DNA of 64,000 nucleotides, taken from the NCBI GenBank assembly GCA_016784385.1, contig JADHUT010000003.1:2923-66922 (forward strand), written 5' to 3'. Shown piece by piece: positions 47,204-57,875 of this stretch. How positions within the stretch are numbered: position 1 is the first letter of the stretch; each line of letters opens with the position of its first letter. The DNA is from Candidatus Microgenomates bacterium (lineage in GTDB: Bacteria > Patescibacteriota > Microgenomatia > UBA8517). A model generated the notes under the pieces. That model made no database searches. It was not told the origin of the DNA and worked only from the letters and a program-made list of their open reading frames with translations. Made by a program: the position numbers and the translations under genes.

Positions 47204-48118
47204 TTAAGAATATTTGGAAAATATTGTTTCATCAGATACTGTAGATTCTTTTATCTCCTTTGCCCTAGATCTACGCATGTCTTTATATCTCATTAAGGCC
47301 ATCAAGATTATTCTCAAATACCCAGGGTGACTAATTGTTCTTTTTACAAGTGACACCATATGTTTTTTCATCAAATTGTTGCTTGTCAAGTTTTTCCAAA
47401 CAAATAATAAGTGGTTTCGCTCTTGAATCTTTTTAACCTTACCTTGATTCATTTTTTTTATTGTTGCAGAGAGATTTGGACTCACGAAAGCAAAAGGGTC
47501 CCACATAAGTTCATATCCCCTCTTTAAAGCCTTATATGAAACATCCACATCTTCCCAATAAAATGGTGAAAGCACTTTTTCATCCATTCCACCAACCTTC
47601 ATCCACAAATTTTTGCTATATAAGGCTCCACCTGCATTTACAAAAAATGTTTTGTGGACTTTTATATCTTCCTTTCCTCGACCATGCACAATATATCCAT
47701 TTTCAAAATTACCAGTAGCCCATCCACTTCCCTTTTCGTGAAACGATACTCCGAAAAGATTATTGTTCCCGGCAAATAGTTTCAGGGGATTTTTTAATAT
47801 ATCTATTGATATGGAAACATCATTGTTTAGCAGACATAGTAAATTACCTTTTGAATGTCTTACACCAGTATTGATGGCAGCTGAAAAACCTCTATTTGAA
47901 CTATGTTTTATTAATTTAACTTCTGGGAAATTCTTCTTTATTACCTCAATACTAGAGTCAGTCGAACCATCATCTACAATTATTACTTCAACTATTTTAT
48001 TAACTGAATTTTTATAAGCTTTTAATACAGAGGGTAAATTTTTCGACAGAAGTGTTTCACCGTTTAAATTCGGAATAATAACACTTACACTTGAATTTTT
48101 ACCAGATTTACTTCCCAT
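47204..48118 (-). CDS. Glycosyltransferase family 2.
   Basis: VSVIIPNLNGETLLSKNLPSVLKA...EVIIVDDGSTDSS. Confidence 0.7.
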   Translation of the reverse strand: MGSKSGKNSSVSVIIPNLNGETLLSKNLPSVLKAYKNSVNKIVEVIIVDDGSTDSSIEVIKKNFPEVKLIKHSSNRGFSAAINTGVRHSKGNLLCLLNNDVSISIDILKNPLKLFAGNNNLFGVSFHEKGSGWATGNFENGYIVHGRGKEDIKVHKTFFVNAGGALYSKNLWMKVGGMDEKVLSPFYWEDVDVSYKALKRGYELMWDPFAFVSPNLSATIKKMNQGKVKKIQERNHLLFVWKNLTSNNLMKKHMVSLVKRTISHPGYLRIILMALMRYKDMRRSRAKEIKESTVSDETIFSKYS

Positions 48119-48260
48119 TGCCTTTACATTTTACAATATATGTAATTCTATATGTTGGCCAAAAGTTCATTATCCTCAATATTGGTAAAAAGAAAAGTAA
48201 TTTATGATAAATATTAGTCAATAATTTTTTCTCACTAAAACCAAGAAACAACATATATAC

Positions 48261-48872
48261 TCAAAGAAAAATATTTGTATTTAACTTTTTTTGAAAAGAC
48301 ACATTTTGTCCTTTTTTTATTCCACTCGAAATTATATATTTTTCAATCTCCGAAGGAGAGGGTAAACCGTATTCAATGTGTTCATTTAAAAAAGGAAGCT
48401 CTTTTTTGTGAGTAAATTTATAGTATTTATACAATATACGATCCACAACCTCTGAATCTTTACCTGAAGGAAAAGTGATATATGCCCTATCTTTAGCTAC
48501 GCGTATCATTTCCGAAATAGCCTTTTTTCTGTCTTCGGGCAATAAGTGTTCAACCATGTCAACACTAACAACTACATCAAAAGATTCGTTCTCGAAGGGA
48601 AGATCAACAACCGATGCCTTTATTACTTTAAATTTCTCGTTTTTCCCATTCTCGATATCTGTTCCAACTAAATTGAAGCCATTACCCATATACACATTTA
48701 TACCGTAATCACCTGATCCAATATCTAAAATCTTTGACCCTTTCTTAAAAGATGACTTAATATCATCCACTATGGGTAAATATCTCAGAGCAATTGAAAT
48801 ATCCCAATTTGGATATTTTTTTTGCAGCCACTTGTCAAAATTCCTGTTTAATTTCTTGTATTTATTTATCAT
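48261..48872 (-). CDS. Class I SAM-dependent methyltransferase.
   Basis: ILDIGSGDYGINVYM motif I and an acidic post-I region in FDVVVSVDMVEHL. Confidence 0.65.
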   Translation of the reverse strand: MINKYKKLNRNFDKWLQKKYPNWDISIALRYLPIVDDIKSSFKKGSKILDIGSGDYGINVYMGNGFNLVGTDIENGKNEKFKVIKASVVDLPFENESFDVVVSVDMVEHLLPEDRKKAISEMIRVAKDRAYITFPSGKDSEVVDRILYKYYKFTHKKELPFLNEHIEYGLPSPSEIEKYIISSGIKKGQNVSFQKKLNTNIFL

Positions 48873-49528
48873 TTATTCCTAACTTTCACCAAATGTAGCA
48901 TACCTAAGATAAATTTTTTATCTACTTCGATCTTAAAACCTGCTTTTTTACAAATCTCGATTAAATAATTGTCTCTGTAAGTTTGAATGTGTGTATCTCT
49001 CCACACCCACCCCCGGGGATGGAAATGCAGCCACAACCACCAAACAACATTAAATAAATTACTGTCAGACGGAACAAGAAATACGCCGTACCCATTCTTT
49101 TTCATCATTCTTTTAACATTTTTCAATACTTTAACCGGATCTTTGACGTGTTCTAAAACTTCCATAATATATACAGCATCAAAAGTATTGTCGTTATATT
49201 TGAGCTCATGAGCATCTCCGACCTTGAACTGCATTGCCTTATTTTTTTTCCAATGATTTTTAGCCCAATCAATGGACGACTTTAAAACATCTATGCCAAT
49301 ATACTTTTTTGATTTGGTAATTTCATATATTTTTTTTGAAAAGACACCGTCTGCACATCCAATATCTAAAACTGTTTCGGCTCGCTCACTCAACTTTTGA
49401 ACTTCATCAAATCTTCTCCTGTGCCAATAGCGTTGTAGGGGGTCTATTTTTAAAGACTGAAAATACCAATTTGGAGGAACTTGCTCATGCATTTCTTCAG
49501 CTGTTTTATTTTCCGGAGTTTTCATCAT
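48869..49528 (-). CDS. Class I SAM-dependent methyltransferase.
   Basis: VLDIGCADGVFSKKIYE motif I and FDAVYIMEVLEHV. Confidence 0.7.
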   Translation of the reverse strand: MMKTPENKTAEEMHEQVPPNWYFQSLKIDPLQRYWHRRRFDEVQKLSERAETVLDIGCADGVFSKKIYEITKSKKYIGIDVLKSSIDWAKNHWKKNKAMQFKVGDAHELKYNDNTFDAVYIMEVLEHVKDPVKVLKNVKRMMKKNGYGVFLVPSDSNLFNVVWWLWLHFHPRGWVWRDTHIQTYRDNYLIEICKKAGFKIEVDKKFILGMLHLVKVRNK

Positions 49529-51072
49529 TTCAAAAGAGTTCTCGATTGTACCACTATTTCACCAAATGATTTTTCTTCCAAAAGCATTGTATCGACATCT
49601 TCCTCACCAATTGCAATTGGAAGGTACATGGCAGGAATACCTGCCATTGGTTCCAAAATTAAAAAGGATTGTTTAAGTGGGGTTTCTACTCTTTCTAAAC
49701 TATCAAGTTGCCCTACCTGATCTTTTCCGTGCCACAATGGAACATAACCATACTGGTTCATCCCATACCAGTTATATAAATATGTCCAAACTATATTAAT
49801 CCAAAGTGGAGATGTTAGAGTGTTTATACTGAACGGTTCTCCATCAGTAATTTCATAAGTGTAGTCAATGGCAGCTTTTTGTTTACTTATGATCATACTT
49901 TTTTGAATTGCAAACAAAGTTGAACCAGATTTGTTTTGAGAAAAAACAAAAAACAAATTACCATATACCATAATTAATATGAAAAGAATCGCTAGAAATT
50001 TAGATTTGTTGACATATAATTTATAAATATAAAAAGCTAAAATCAACGATACCGCAGGACCGATTCCAACCATTAGAAAAGGTGTTGAAATTCCCCCAAC
50101 ACTAACCACAGTGATATGAGAAAAAAGCCAGATAGCCAAAAATGCTGGGTACTTATCTTTTTTAAAGTTTAGTAGTGAATAAACACCAAGAACAATTATT
50201 AAGGCTCCACCAATACCAATATTTCCCGGGAAAGTATTAAGTGCAAAAACGCGGCCTATTTGATTTAGATAAAGAACTAAATAATCTCCAACTGATTTAG
50301 TATATGCCAAATTACCCCCACTGGTTGTGGCAAGTGACTTAAATGCTGAAATACTACCAAAACCAAACTTAAATTCACATAAAATCAAACTAAAGACAGA
50401 AGCTGTCAATACCGCCAAAAAAGTTATTATTTGTTTCTTGGAAATATTCTTTTTGTGGATATAAAGCCAGATTAATATGGGAATTGCATGATACAGAAGA
50501 AATATCTCTGCTTGAACAGATAGTCCAAAACCAATTGCTGTTAAAACAGGCCCAACCCACACTTCGCTTTTTGAGCTTCGCGGGGTAAACCACAACCACA
50601 ATCCCAAATATAGTAGTGGAACCGTCCAAATCGCAATAGTTGGATTTGACACCCAAGTTGCATATTGTGTTGACTCAAACGAAACAGCAAACAAAAGAGC
50701 AGATAGTACCCCCAACCAAGGCTTTTTGAAGGCTGTGTTGGCAATTGCAAAAACTATAAAAACAGCCAATGAATTAAGAAATGCTATCCAATAACCAATA
50801 GCTATTGGGCTGCCCTTGGCCAAAAAACTAATTGGGGCAAGTAAGTAATAGTAAAATACTCCATGGAAAAGACCAGGAGTGGAGCTAGGTGGCCCTTGTA
50901 TTTTGATATTACCAGACAATATTTGCTTAACTACTAAAAAATCTCTTGCTTGGTCGTAATAAAAACTCAAAGAATCAAATTTCAAAAACCATATTCTTAA
51001 TACAAATGCAAAAATAAAGATTATAAAAAGTAAGACATATATGGGCTTGTCCTTTTTATTATTCTTTTTCAT
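49525..51072 (-). CDS. Polytopic GT-C-like membrane protein (ArnT-related family); a paralog of 60209..61729.
   Basis: YYDQARDFLVVKQILSGNIKIQGPPSSTPGLFHGVFYYYLLAP compares with YFDQGRDALAIWNLWHKADIFLLGPTTGIAGIFRGPFYYYLIAPFY in the paralog. Has more than 10 TM helices. Confidence 0.5.
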   Translation of the reverse strand: MKKNNKKDKPIYVLLFIIFIFAFVLRIWFLKFDSLSFYYDQARDFLVVKQILSGNIKIQGPPSSTPGLFHGVFYYYLLAPISFLAKGSPIAIGYWIAFLNSLAVFIVFAIANTAFKKPWLGVLSALLFAVSFESTQYATWVSNPTIAIWTVPLLYLGLWLWFTPRSSKSEVWVGPVLTAIGFGLSVQAEIFLLYHAIPILIWLYIHKKNISKKQIITFLAVLTASVFSLILCEFKFGFGSISAFKSLATTSGGNLAYTKSVGDYLVLYLNQIGRVFALNTFPGNIGIGGALIIVLGVYSLLNFKKDKYPAFLAIWLFSHITVVSVGGISTPFLMVGIGPAVSLILAFYIYKLYVNKSKFLAILFILIMVYGNLFFVFSQNKSGSTLFAIQKSMIISKQKAAIDYTYEITDGEPFSINTLTSPLWINIVWTYLYNWYGMNQYGYVPLWHGKDQVGQLDSLERVETPLKQSFLILEPMAGIPAMYLPIAIGEEDVDTMLLEEKSFGEIVVQSRTLLK

Positions 51073-52112
51073 TTGTTTTTAAATATATCTTTTAATTTTT
51101 CTTCAAATTCACCATATGAATAAACTTGGCTTTTTTGTTTAGCCATTTTTGTTGCATGATTAAACAATTTATAATCAGAATCAACTTCTTTTGTAATACT
51201 CACTAAATCTGATAAAGCTTCAAATAAAAATCCGCTTTCTTTGTCATCAATAATTTCCCTATGACCTCCACCACTATAAACAATAGGGACTACACCTGCC
51301 GCCATTGCTTCAACTAAGGTGATACCAAAATGTTCCATCTTATCCGGGTTTTTGTTTTCATCTACACCGTACCCTGCTGCTGACCAAAAATATTTGGCTT
51401 TTCCATATAGCTGTAAAAGAGTTTGATAATCTGGACTTTGAAGAAACTCAACATTCAAACCTTTAGCCTCTTTTTTCAGCTCATCCAAGTAACCACCAAC
51501 CCCAACTTCAACACCCCCGGCAAGAACCAGTTTCCAATCTTTATACTTCTCATCCATTGTCAATTTTTTGAAAGACTCAATTAAATATCGTTGACCTTTA
51601 TTCTGTACTAAATTTGAAAATCTACCTACATATAATATTAAATTCTCTTTTCTTTTAGGTTTGATTTTAGCTACATCCACAGGAGGGTAAACGACAACAC
51701 TTTCAACTCCATATTCCCTATCTATGATCCTTTTAGTAAAATTGGAATTGCAAATTATCTTTTCAATTCTGAAAAGCTTCATTTTGTTCAGCAAAGATTT
51801 ACCATTAACACCATGGAAAGGAACTTGAAAATGTAAAAAATTCCTTTTTGCCCTAAGAGTTGGAATACTTCCATCACTTACCCAAAAACAAACATCATAA
51901 TTCTCTCCCCTATTTATTTCATTCACAATTTTTATCGATTTGGGCAATGTCATACCAAATCTGTTTGATAATCTTTGTAAAATACTTTTCTCTTTCCAAG
52001 CAATATCAACTTCATATCCCATACCAGCCAATACTATGGCAACCGATAAAGTATATCGCTCTCCTCCACCTAAAGTATCTAAATAAGGGTTTTTGATAGC
52101 TGCTTTTCCCAT
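51069..52112 (-). CDS. Glycosyltransferase family 4.
   Basis: FGITLVEAMAAGVVPIVYSGGGHREII. Confidence 0.7.
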   Translation of the reverse strand: MGKAAIKNPYLDTLGGGERYTLSVAIVLAGMGYEVDIAWKEKSILQRLSNRFGMTLPKSIKIVNEINRGENYDVCFWVSDGSIPTLRAKRNFLHFQVPFHGVNGKSLLNKMKLFRIEKIICNSNFTKRIIDREYGVESVVVYPPVDVAKIKPKRKENLILYVGRFSNLVQNKGQRYLIESFKKLTMDEKYKDWKLVLAGGVEVGVGGYLDELKKEAKGLNVEFLQSPDYQTLLQLYGKAKYFWSAAGYGVDENKNPDKMEHFGITLVEAMAAGVVPIVYSGGGHREIIDDKESGFLFEALSDLVSITKEVDSDYKLFNHATKMAKQKSQVYSYGEFEEKLKDIFKNK

Positions 52113-52798
52113 AATTTTGAATAACTAATCAATCTGCTAAACACTTGATACATTGCGTAAATAATTCCCTCTACACCATCTAAAAAAGAAAGCTGTTTGA
52201 CAAACCTTAACCAAAATTCGCGCAGTCCCGCTGAAAAAAATCTGAAAATATTCATTTTTGGGTGATTTGCTTTAATCATCTCTTCAGCTTCAAGTTCTGA
52301 CCATTTGTTTGTTTTTTTTATCATTTCAGAAATACTGCTATTTTTGTGATGGGTAATAGGATTTTTCAGATGCTCAAGGAAACCTTTATATGAAGGTTCT
52401 TCATGCAATCTACCTGTCCATTTTGAAAAGTTTGATCTATTAAAAAGTCTTTTTTGATAGTCAGGAAACTGCCCTCCGTGCTTGAATTCTTTCCCAAAGA
52501 TTATGTTTTTTCTAGGAATAGCAAAACAACCTACTTTCCCACTATTCTTTTTTATAACACTCATTATCTCTTCCATTAAGGCAACACTAACTTCCTCATC
52601 TGTGTCTATATATAAAATCCAATCCCCGCTAGCTTCTTTGAACCCTTCATTTCTCCAGTCAGCAAAACTCCCTTTTATATCATCTGTTTTTACTTTAATT
52701 ATTTCATTTGTCCAAGAAAGAGAATTTATGCACTTTCGGTACAAACCTTTGTCAAACTTCCCACCAACTAAAACAATTGCATTTATCGATGTTTCCAT
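52079..52798 (-). CDS. Small GT2-like (GT-A fold) glycosyltransferase.
   Basis: AIVLVGGKFDKGLYRKCINSL ... DxD motif in YIDTDEEVS. At 239 aa it is like the short LPS-core beta-glycosyltransferases. Confidence 0.45.
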   Translation of the reverse strand: METSINAIVLVGGKFDKGLYRKCINSLSWTNEIIKVKTDDIKGSFADWRNEGFKEASGDWILYIDTDEEVSVALMEEIMSVIKKNSGKVGCFAIPRKNIIFGKEFKHGGQFPDYQKRLFNRSNFSKWTGRLHEEPSYKGFLEHLKNPITHHKNSSISEMIKKTNKWSELEAEEMIKANHPKMNIFRFFSAGLREFWLRFVKQLSFLDGVEGIIYAMYQVFSRLISYSKLWEKQLSKTLI

Positions 52799-53754
52799 TG
52801 CCCCATTCCATGCCTTCCTAAAAGGGCATCAATGGCTCCCCATCTTTGCCACTTTCTACCTTTAAAAACCAACCTGATAGTGTCTCTCAAAACTGCAAAT
52901 TTGGTTCTGGGTCGTGCGTATCTAAAAGCAAAAAACAATCTGTTCCTGGTCAGAAAATAATCATTTGTAGGGCTCCCAGATCCTCCAGTTGATGCGGAAA
53001 CCTTGTGCCACATGCAAGTATCTGGTACATAATACGTTTCAAACCCAACCTTTTTTGCTTTCATTGAAAAATCTGGATCCTCCCAGTAGAGAAAAAATGT
53101 AGGGTCAAGCAGTCCAACCTGGCCAATCACTTCCCGTTTTATAAGAAGTGTTGCCCCATTTGCAAAGTCGGTTGGTTCTGCTTTGTCATATTGGCCCACA
53201 TCCACCTCATCGACACCTCTGTGTGGAGAATAAATATTGTCCCAATCCAATATTCCCCCTGCATACCAAATGACCTTACCTAACTCACTCTTTTTATACC
53301 TATTTTTAACACCATTTGGTGTCAAGATTTTCTTATGAAATTCATACCCTTTGGCAAAATACATTTTTGGGGAAGCAATACCCACCTTTGGATTTTTTTC
53401 CATAAATGAAACCATTTTTGTTACCATGTCAGGAGGAACGATTACATCGTTATTAAGAAGCATTACATAATCCGCTCCTCTTTTTAGTGCATCAACAATT
53501 CCCACATTATTACCACCTGCATAACCTAAATTTGCCCCACTTTGAATAAATTTGTAACCCATATTTGGTAATTTGTAATTTTTCAAAGCTTCCTCGGTTC
53601 CATCAGAAGAATCATTATCAACCACAATACACTCTAAATCCAAATTTCCAGATTTAAGGACAGAAATATCTCCCAACTCTTCTTTTGTCATCTTAAGAGC
53701 GTTTGTTGTGAGTATTATTATTGAAACTTTAATTTTCTTTTTAGTTTTAGCCAT
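52783..53754 (-). CDS. Glycosyltransferase family 2 (rhamnosyltransferase-like subgroup).
   Basis: VSIIILTTNALKMT...ECIVVDNDSSDGT. Confidence 0.75.
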   Translation of the reverse strand: MAKTKKKIKVSIIILTTNALKMTKEELGDISVLKSGNLDLECIVVDNDSSDGTEEALKNYKLPNMGYKFIQSGANLGYAGGNNVGIVDALKRGADYVMLLNNDVIVPPDMVTKMVSFMEKNPKVGIASPKMYFAKGYEFHKKILTPNGVKNRYKKSELGKVIWYAGGILDWDNIYSPHRGVDEVDVGQYDKAEPTDFANGATLLIKREVIGQVGLLDPTFFLYWEDPDFSMKAKKVGFETYYVPDTCMWHKVSASTGGSGSPTNDYFLTRNRLFFAFRYARPRTKFAVLRDTIRLVFKGRKWQRWGAIDALLGRHGMGQWKHR

Positions 53755-54638
53755 ATTTTATTTAGTGTTTTTGATTTTTTGATTTTACTCTCAAGTAACC
53801 ACCACATAAACTGTTTTGAACTTTTATCAAACTCTTCTTCCACCTGACCAATTGAAAGTTTTCTTTTGGCAAATTTGTCTCTTTGCCAAATTTTTAGATA
53901 AATAACCAATTCCGAAAATGCCTGAAGAAGTGAGAGTGAAAGACCATGAAGACCATCTTTGTATCCTTCTTGGGCAAAAAATCGGGTTAGAAATTGTGAA
54001 GTAGGTTTGCTTATAACTTGTCTCCAAGAAAATTTTACCCCTTCTTTTTTTAAATGTTTGGCCTGAATAGTGGTATAACGATTCATGCGGGTTATGTATT
54101 CTTCCAAAGAAGAATAATGGTTGTGAACTATTGCTAAATCTCTCTCTGAAGGTAAATCAAACCCAACTCCAGTCGTTACTGGAATAGAGTGAATTACTTC
54201 ATTCCAGGATACAGTTCCTTTTTTAAAAAAACGAATGTTGTAATCAGGCCACCAACCAGTATGGCCCATCCATTTACCAAAAATAATATTTTTACGAGGA
54301 ATTCTAAAAAAATTTGGAGTTATTCCTTCTTTGTAAGATTTAATTTGTTTCTTTAAATATAGTTTTAGTGCTTTTGGGATCCATTCATCGGCATCCAATA
54401 CAAATACCCAGTTGTGTTTGCATTTTTCAATTCCGAAGTTTCTTGCAGGTTCAACATAACCCATTCTTTTGTGGTTGTAAACTATGGCCCCCGCATTCTT
54501 TGCAATTTCAACCGTTTTGTCAGTTGAATTCATATCAACAACAATTATTTCATTTGCAAAACCAGACAAAGAAGAAATGGCCTTAGGAAGTCTCTTTTCT
54601 TCATTAAGAGTATTAATTACAACAGAAATCTTGGCCAT
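53718..54638 (-). CDS. Glycosyltransferase family 2.
   Basis: ISVVINTLNEEKRLPKAISSL...EIIVVDMNSTDKT and a DxD motif in VLDADEWIP. Confidence 0.75.
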   Translation of the reverse strand: MAKISVVINTLNEEKRLPKAISSLSGFANEIIVVDMNSTDKTVEIAKNAGAIVYNHKRMGYVEPARNFGIEKCKHNWVFVLDADEWIPKALKLYLKKQIKSYKEGITPNFFRIPRKNIIFGKWMGHTGWWPDYNIRFFKKGTVSWNEVIHSIPVTTGVGFDLPSERDLAIVHNHYSSLEEYITRMNRYTTIQAKHLKKEGVKFSWRQVISKPTSQFLTRFFAQEGYKDGLHGLSLSLLQAFSELVIYLKIWQRDKFAKRKLSIGQVEEEFDKSSKQFMWWLLESKIKKSKTLNKIWLKLKRKLKFQ

Positions 54639-54665
54639 GGGTTAATTTTAGCAAAAAAGAGGAAA

Positions 54666-56435
54666 CTATTCGACTCTATATACAGAAACAACCAAATTTC
54701 CATATATTTTCTCTAAACCCAATTGTTTTGTGCCTAATTTTAGCTCTTCTCCTGGAAGTGGTGAGATGGACCTAACAAGATACAAATATCTAATCTTATT
54801 ATTTTCTAAAAAGTCCCTACCTTTCTGTTCATCTAAATTTGAAATAAATTCCAATACTTCTTCTCTTCTGTCTTGCCAATCATACCCTAAAATATTTGCG
54901 TTAACTTCATCTTCCAAAAATACTTCTTTGTCAGAATAGGCCGACACATAACTAGTTGATTCATACAGATACATTGGTCGTGGTGCATATGCCGCAGCTT
55001 GCCTAGATTTATATTTGTCAAAAGGATATGTTAATACCACACCTCCGGGTTGTTCGGACAAAAACTCAAGTGCTTCGTACTCATCGCTACTTATCTTTGA
55101 GGGTGGAGTAGATGGCAAGTAATGGACAAGGGTGGCCACAACTCCATAAAAGGCTAATAACAAAACAAGCAGTGTTGTTGTTATTTTCATAACCGGTTTG
55201 ACCTTTTTAATAATTTGGCTTGTTGATATCCCGGCAAAAAAGCAAAAAATGAAAAGAAAATAGTAGAAAAACTGAATTGTGTTCCAAGGTGTGCCACTTT
55301 GTACAAAAAACATGGGGATTATTACTGCAGCTATCATAATTGATATTAAAAATACCAAAAACTCATCGAGTTTTATCTTTTTACAAATTACCTTTAAAAG
55401 ATAATAAAAACCAATAATTCTAGCTCCCATATTCCCGACCAAAAAGATTACAAATGCTACGCCGTATGTGGGTACTGACTTCAACCATATTTTGCCCATT
55501 TTATAGGTAGTCATTGCTGAATAAAATCTCTCCCAACCTAGTCGATCAGAGTAAGACATCATTGTTTCTAGAAACCAAAAAGGCTGCCATACCAAAACTC
55601 CACCAGACAACCTATTGAAAGGCAAAAAGACCAAAAGTGAAATCAAAAGGGAGTAAAAGAAAGTTTGTAAGATATAAGTTTTTTTAGATTTAATATACAA
55701 ATAAATTCCAGAAACAAACAAACCTCCTAGTACTAATATCCCCGCATAAACCTTTACTTGGATAAGAAGACCAAACAACAAGGAAGAGATAATAAGATTT
55801 CTGAGATTTTGACTCTTTTTATATTTCAACAAAAACACAAGACCCGCCAGGATAAATATCAACGAAAGAGCAAATGGAGGATTGACCAGTGTTGACATAG
55901 CCTGCTGAGACCAAAACATTGATTCGCCACTTACAATTCCATCACGTAAAAGCGTAATCACAAACCCAAACCCAGAACCAAAATAAACAAAAACCAGTGT
56001 CCAAAAAATCTCCCTTCTTGATCTTTTCCAAAGGTTCATAAATACATACACCAACCAACCAATGAGAATAGAAAAAATGACTGGTAAGATTTGAAAATAC
56101 AATGTATTTATTGGAATACTTGTAAGCTTATGAATCGTGGCCATTAATAAATCAAACCCTAAGTGATAGTTTTTTAAAACTTCACCAGCAAAAACTGGGT
56201 TATCCAACGTCAACGTCCTTGAAAAGGACTTTGCTAGGGCGATGTGCCAAATACCATCATGACCGTTAGGACCCCAGAAACCTAACCCAAAATCATACCC
56301 AATTCCACTTTTTACCATCACCAAACTCCACGCGAGTGATCCTACCAATATTGCAAGGTAAAGACTTTTATTTTTTGAAAAATGCTGAGAAAGTATTTTT
56401 AACATCTTCAATAAACCCGAGGCCGTAAAGGGCAA
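54666..56435 (-). CDS. Large polytopic membrane protein; a paralog of 35443..37281. The true start is probably an internal Met.
   Basis: Carries the conserved HDGIWHIAL...NPVFAGEVLKNYH loop shared with the paralog. The longest ORF overlaps the upstream flippase by 68 nt. Confidence 0.5.
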   Translation of the reverse strand: MPFTASGLLKMLKILSQHFSKNKSLYLAILVGSLAWSLVMVKSGIGYDFGLGFWGPNGHDGIWHIALAKSFSRTLTLDNPVFAGEVLKNYHLGFDLLMATIHKLTSIPINTLYFQILPVIFSILIGWLVYVFMNLWKRSRREIFWTLVFVYFGSGFGFVITLLRDGIVSGESMFWSQQAMSTLVNPPFALSLIFILAGLVFLLKYKKSQNLRNLIISSLLFGLLIQVKVYAGILVLGGLFVSGIYLYIKSKKTYILQTFFYSLLISLLVFLPFNRLSGGVLVWQPFWFLETMMSYSDRLGWERFYSAMTTYKMGKIWLKSVPTYGVAFVIFLVGNMGARIIGFYYLLKVICKKIKLDEFLVFLISIMIAAVIIPMFFVQSGTPWNTIQFFYYFLFIFCFFAGISTSQIIKKVKPVMKITTTLLVLLLAFYGVVATLVHYLPSTPPSKISSDEYEALEFLSEQPGGVVLTYPFDKYKSRQAAAYAPRPMYLYESTSYVSAYSDKEVFLEDEVNANILGYDWQDRREEVLEFISNLDEQKGRDFLENNKIRYLYLVRSISPLPGEELKLGTKQLGLEKIYGNLVVSVYRVE

Positions 56436-57849
56436 AAATAACTGACAAGTAAATTATTGCTCCAGTAGCTACCAAAATCCACACACTTCCCAAGGAGGCA
56501 GGTAGTGCCCTTCTCAAAAATATAAGAGGTAACATCATAACAAATGCCGCCAACAGTGGCTTTAACACAGATTCCATTAGTGAAAAATCAACAAATTTTC
56601 TTGCTACAAAAATGGCTACAATTGAAGAAAGTCCCACAATACTATACCCTGCAGCAGCACCGTTAACCCCGTATTTAAGGGCCATATATGGAATAAATAT
56701 CCACGAGAGAACTGTCCACATGATCATTAAACCAAATGTAATTTTGATTTTTCCAATTGCATTTAAAGTATTAGTTAGCTGGGTTGTAACTGCTGCAAAA
56801 ATTGAGTTAACAGATATGAATGCCAAAGGAATAAGAGCTGGCACCCATTTTTCATATCGCGGAATAATGGCTACAATTACTGGAGCAACCATCAACAAAC
56901 CAACCACACTTGGGAAAACCAAAAAACATATAAAAAAGATTGATCTTGTTAGTGATCTTTTTAAATGTTCTTTTTCATCCTGCATACGGGAAAATGCCGG
57001 GAATGTTACTTTAATAACATGGTCCATGAAAAACCTCAGAGGTGCTTGTCCCCACTTTTGAGCCCAACCAAGAAGGCCAATACCAGCAGGCCCCAAAACA
57101 CTTCCCAACACAACAGTCATTCCGTCATCTTTTAGTGTTGCAAGAAGTGTATTTGCTTGATATGGGATTCCAAAAGAAAGTAAATCTTTGAACGATTTTT
57201 TGTTAAATGAAATGGCTGGTTTCCACGGCTTCAAAAAATACATTGCCACAAGCCCTACTACTCCACGAGCTAGAACTGCTATTGTAAAGCTAGTTATACC
57301 AAAACCTTTCCAGGCCAGTATCACTGCCACTAAATTGTAAACCAAGTTTTCCAATACTTGAGGAATGACCAATTTACCAAACTCCAAGTCCCTCTCCATC
57401 AAAATTGATGGAATGGTTTTCAGAGATGAAAGAAAAAGTGAAATGGCAAGAGCAAAAAGCAAGTATTTCCCCCCAACAGATAGTGAATAATGAGAAACTA
57501 TCAAAGGAGACACTGATAATAATATTGCCAGAATGAGTATGACTAAAATTGTCTGTACTGTAAAAGTGGTTTTAAGATCAGCATTGGTCAATTTTTCCCT
57601 TTTCTGTATAAGTGCAGCAGCAAGACCCACATCACTAAAATATGCCAAAAAGTTAACTACTGCAGAAACTATCCAAAAAACACCAAACTCAACAGGAGAC
57701 AAAAAAACAGTTAAAAAACCAGTCGCAACCAAAGAAAGAACAGAAAGCAAAAAGGTTCTTCCAGTTAAAACAGCAACTCCTTTAACTGCTCTTTTTTTAA
57801 CAGTATCAAGAGAAATTTCAGTAGTTGGATCTAAATGTTCTTCTTCCAC
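56368..57849 (-). CDS. Wzx-like oligosaccharide flippase (MOP superfamily, polysaccharide biosynthesis protein).
   Basis: 493 aa with about 14 TM helices. N-terminal KRAVKGVAVLTGRTFLLSVLSLVATGFLTVFLSPVEFGVFWIVSAVVNFLAYFSDVGLAAALIQ is typical of Wzx/RfbX. Confidence 0.65.
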   Translation of the reverse strand: MEEEHLDPTTEISLDTVKKRAVKGVAVLTGRTFLLSVLSLVATGFLTVFLSPVEFGVFWIVSAVVNFLAYFSDVGLAAALIQKREKLTNADLKTTFTVQTILVILILAILLSVSPLIVSHYSLSVGGKYLLFALAISLFLSSLKTIPSILMERDLEFGKLVIPQVLENLVYNLVAVILAWKGFGITSFTIAVLARGVVGLVAMYFLKPWKPAISFNKKSFKDLLSFGIPYQANTLLATLKDDGMTVVLGSVLGPAGIGLLGWAQKWGQAPLRFFMDHVIKVTFPAFSRMQDEKEHLKRSLTRSIFFICFLVFPSVVGLLMVAPVIVAIIPRYEKWVPALIPLAFISVNSIFAAVTTQLTNTLNAIGKIKITFGLMIMWTVLSWIFIPYMALKYGVNGAAAGYSIVGLSSIVAIFVARKFVDFSLMESVLKPLLAAFVMMLPLIFLRRALPASLGSVWILVATGAIIYLSVIFALYGLGFIEDVKNTFSAFFKK

Positions 57850-57875
57850 TTCCTAAATTGTAACACTTTACAGGC

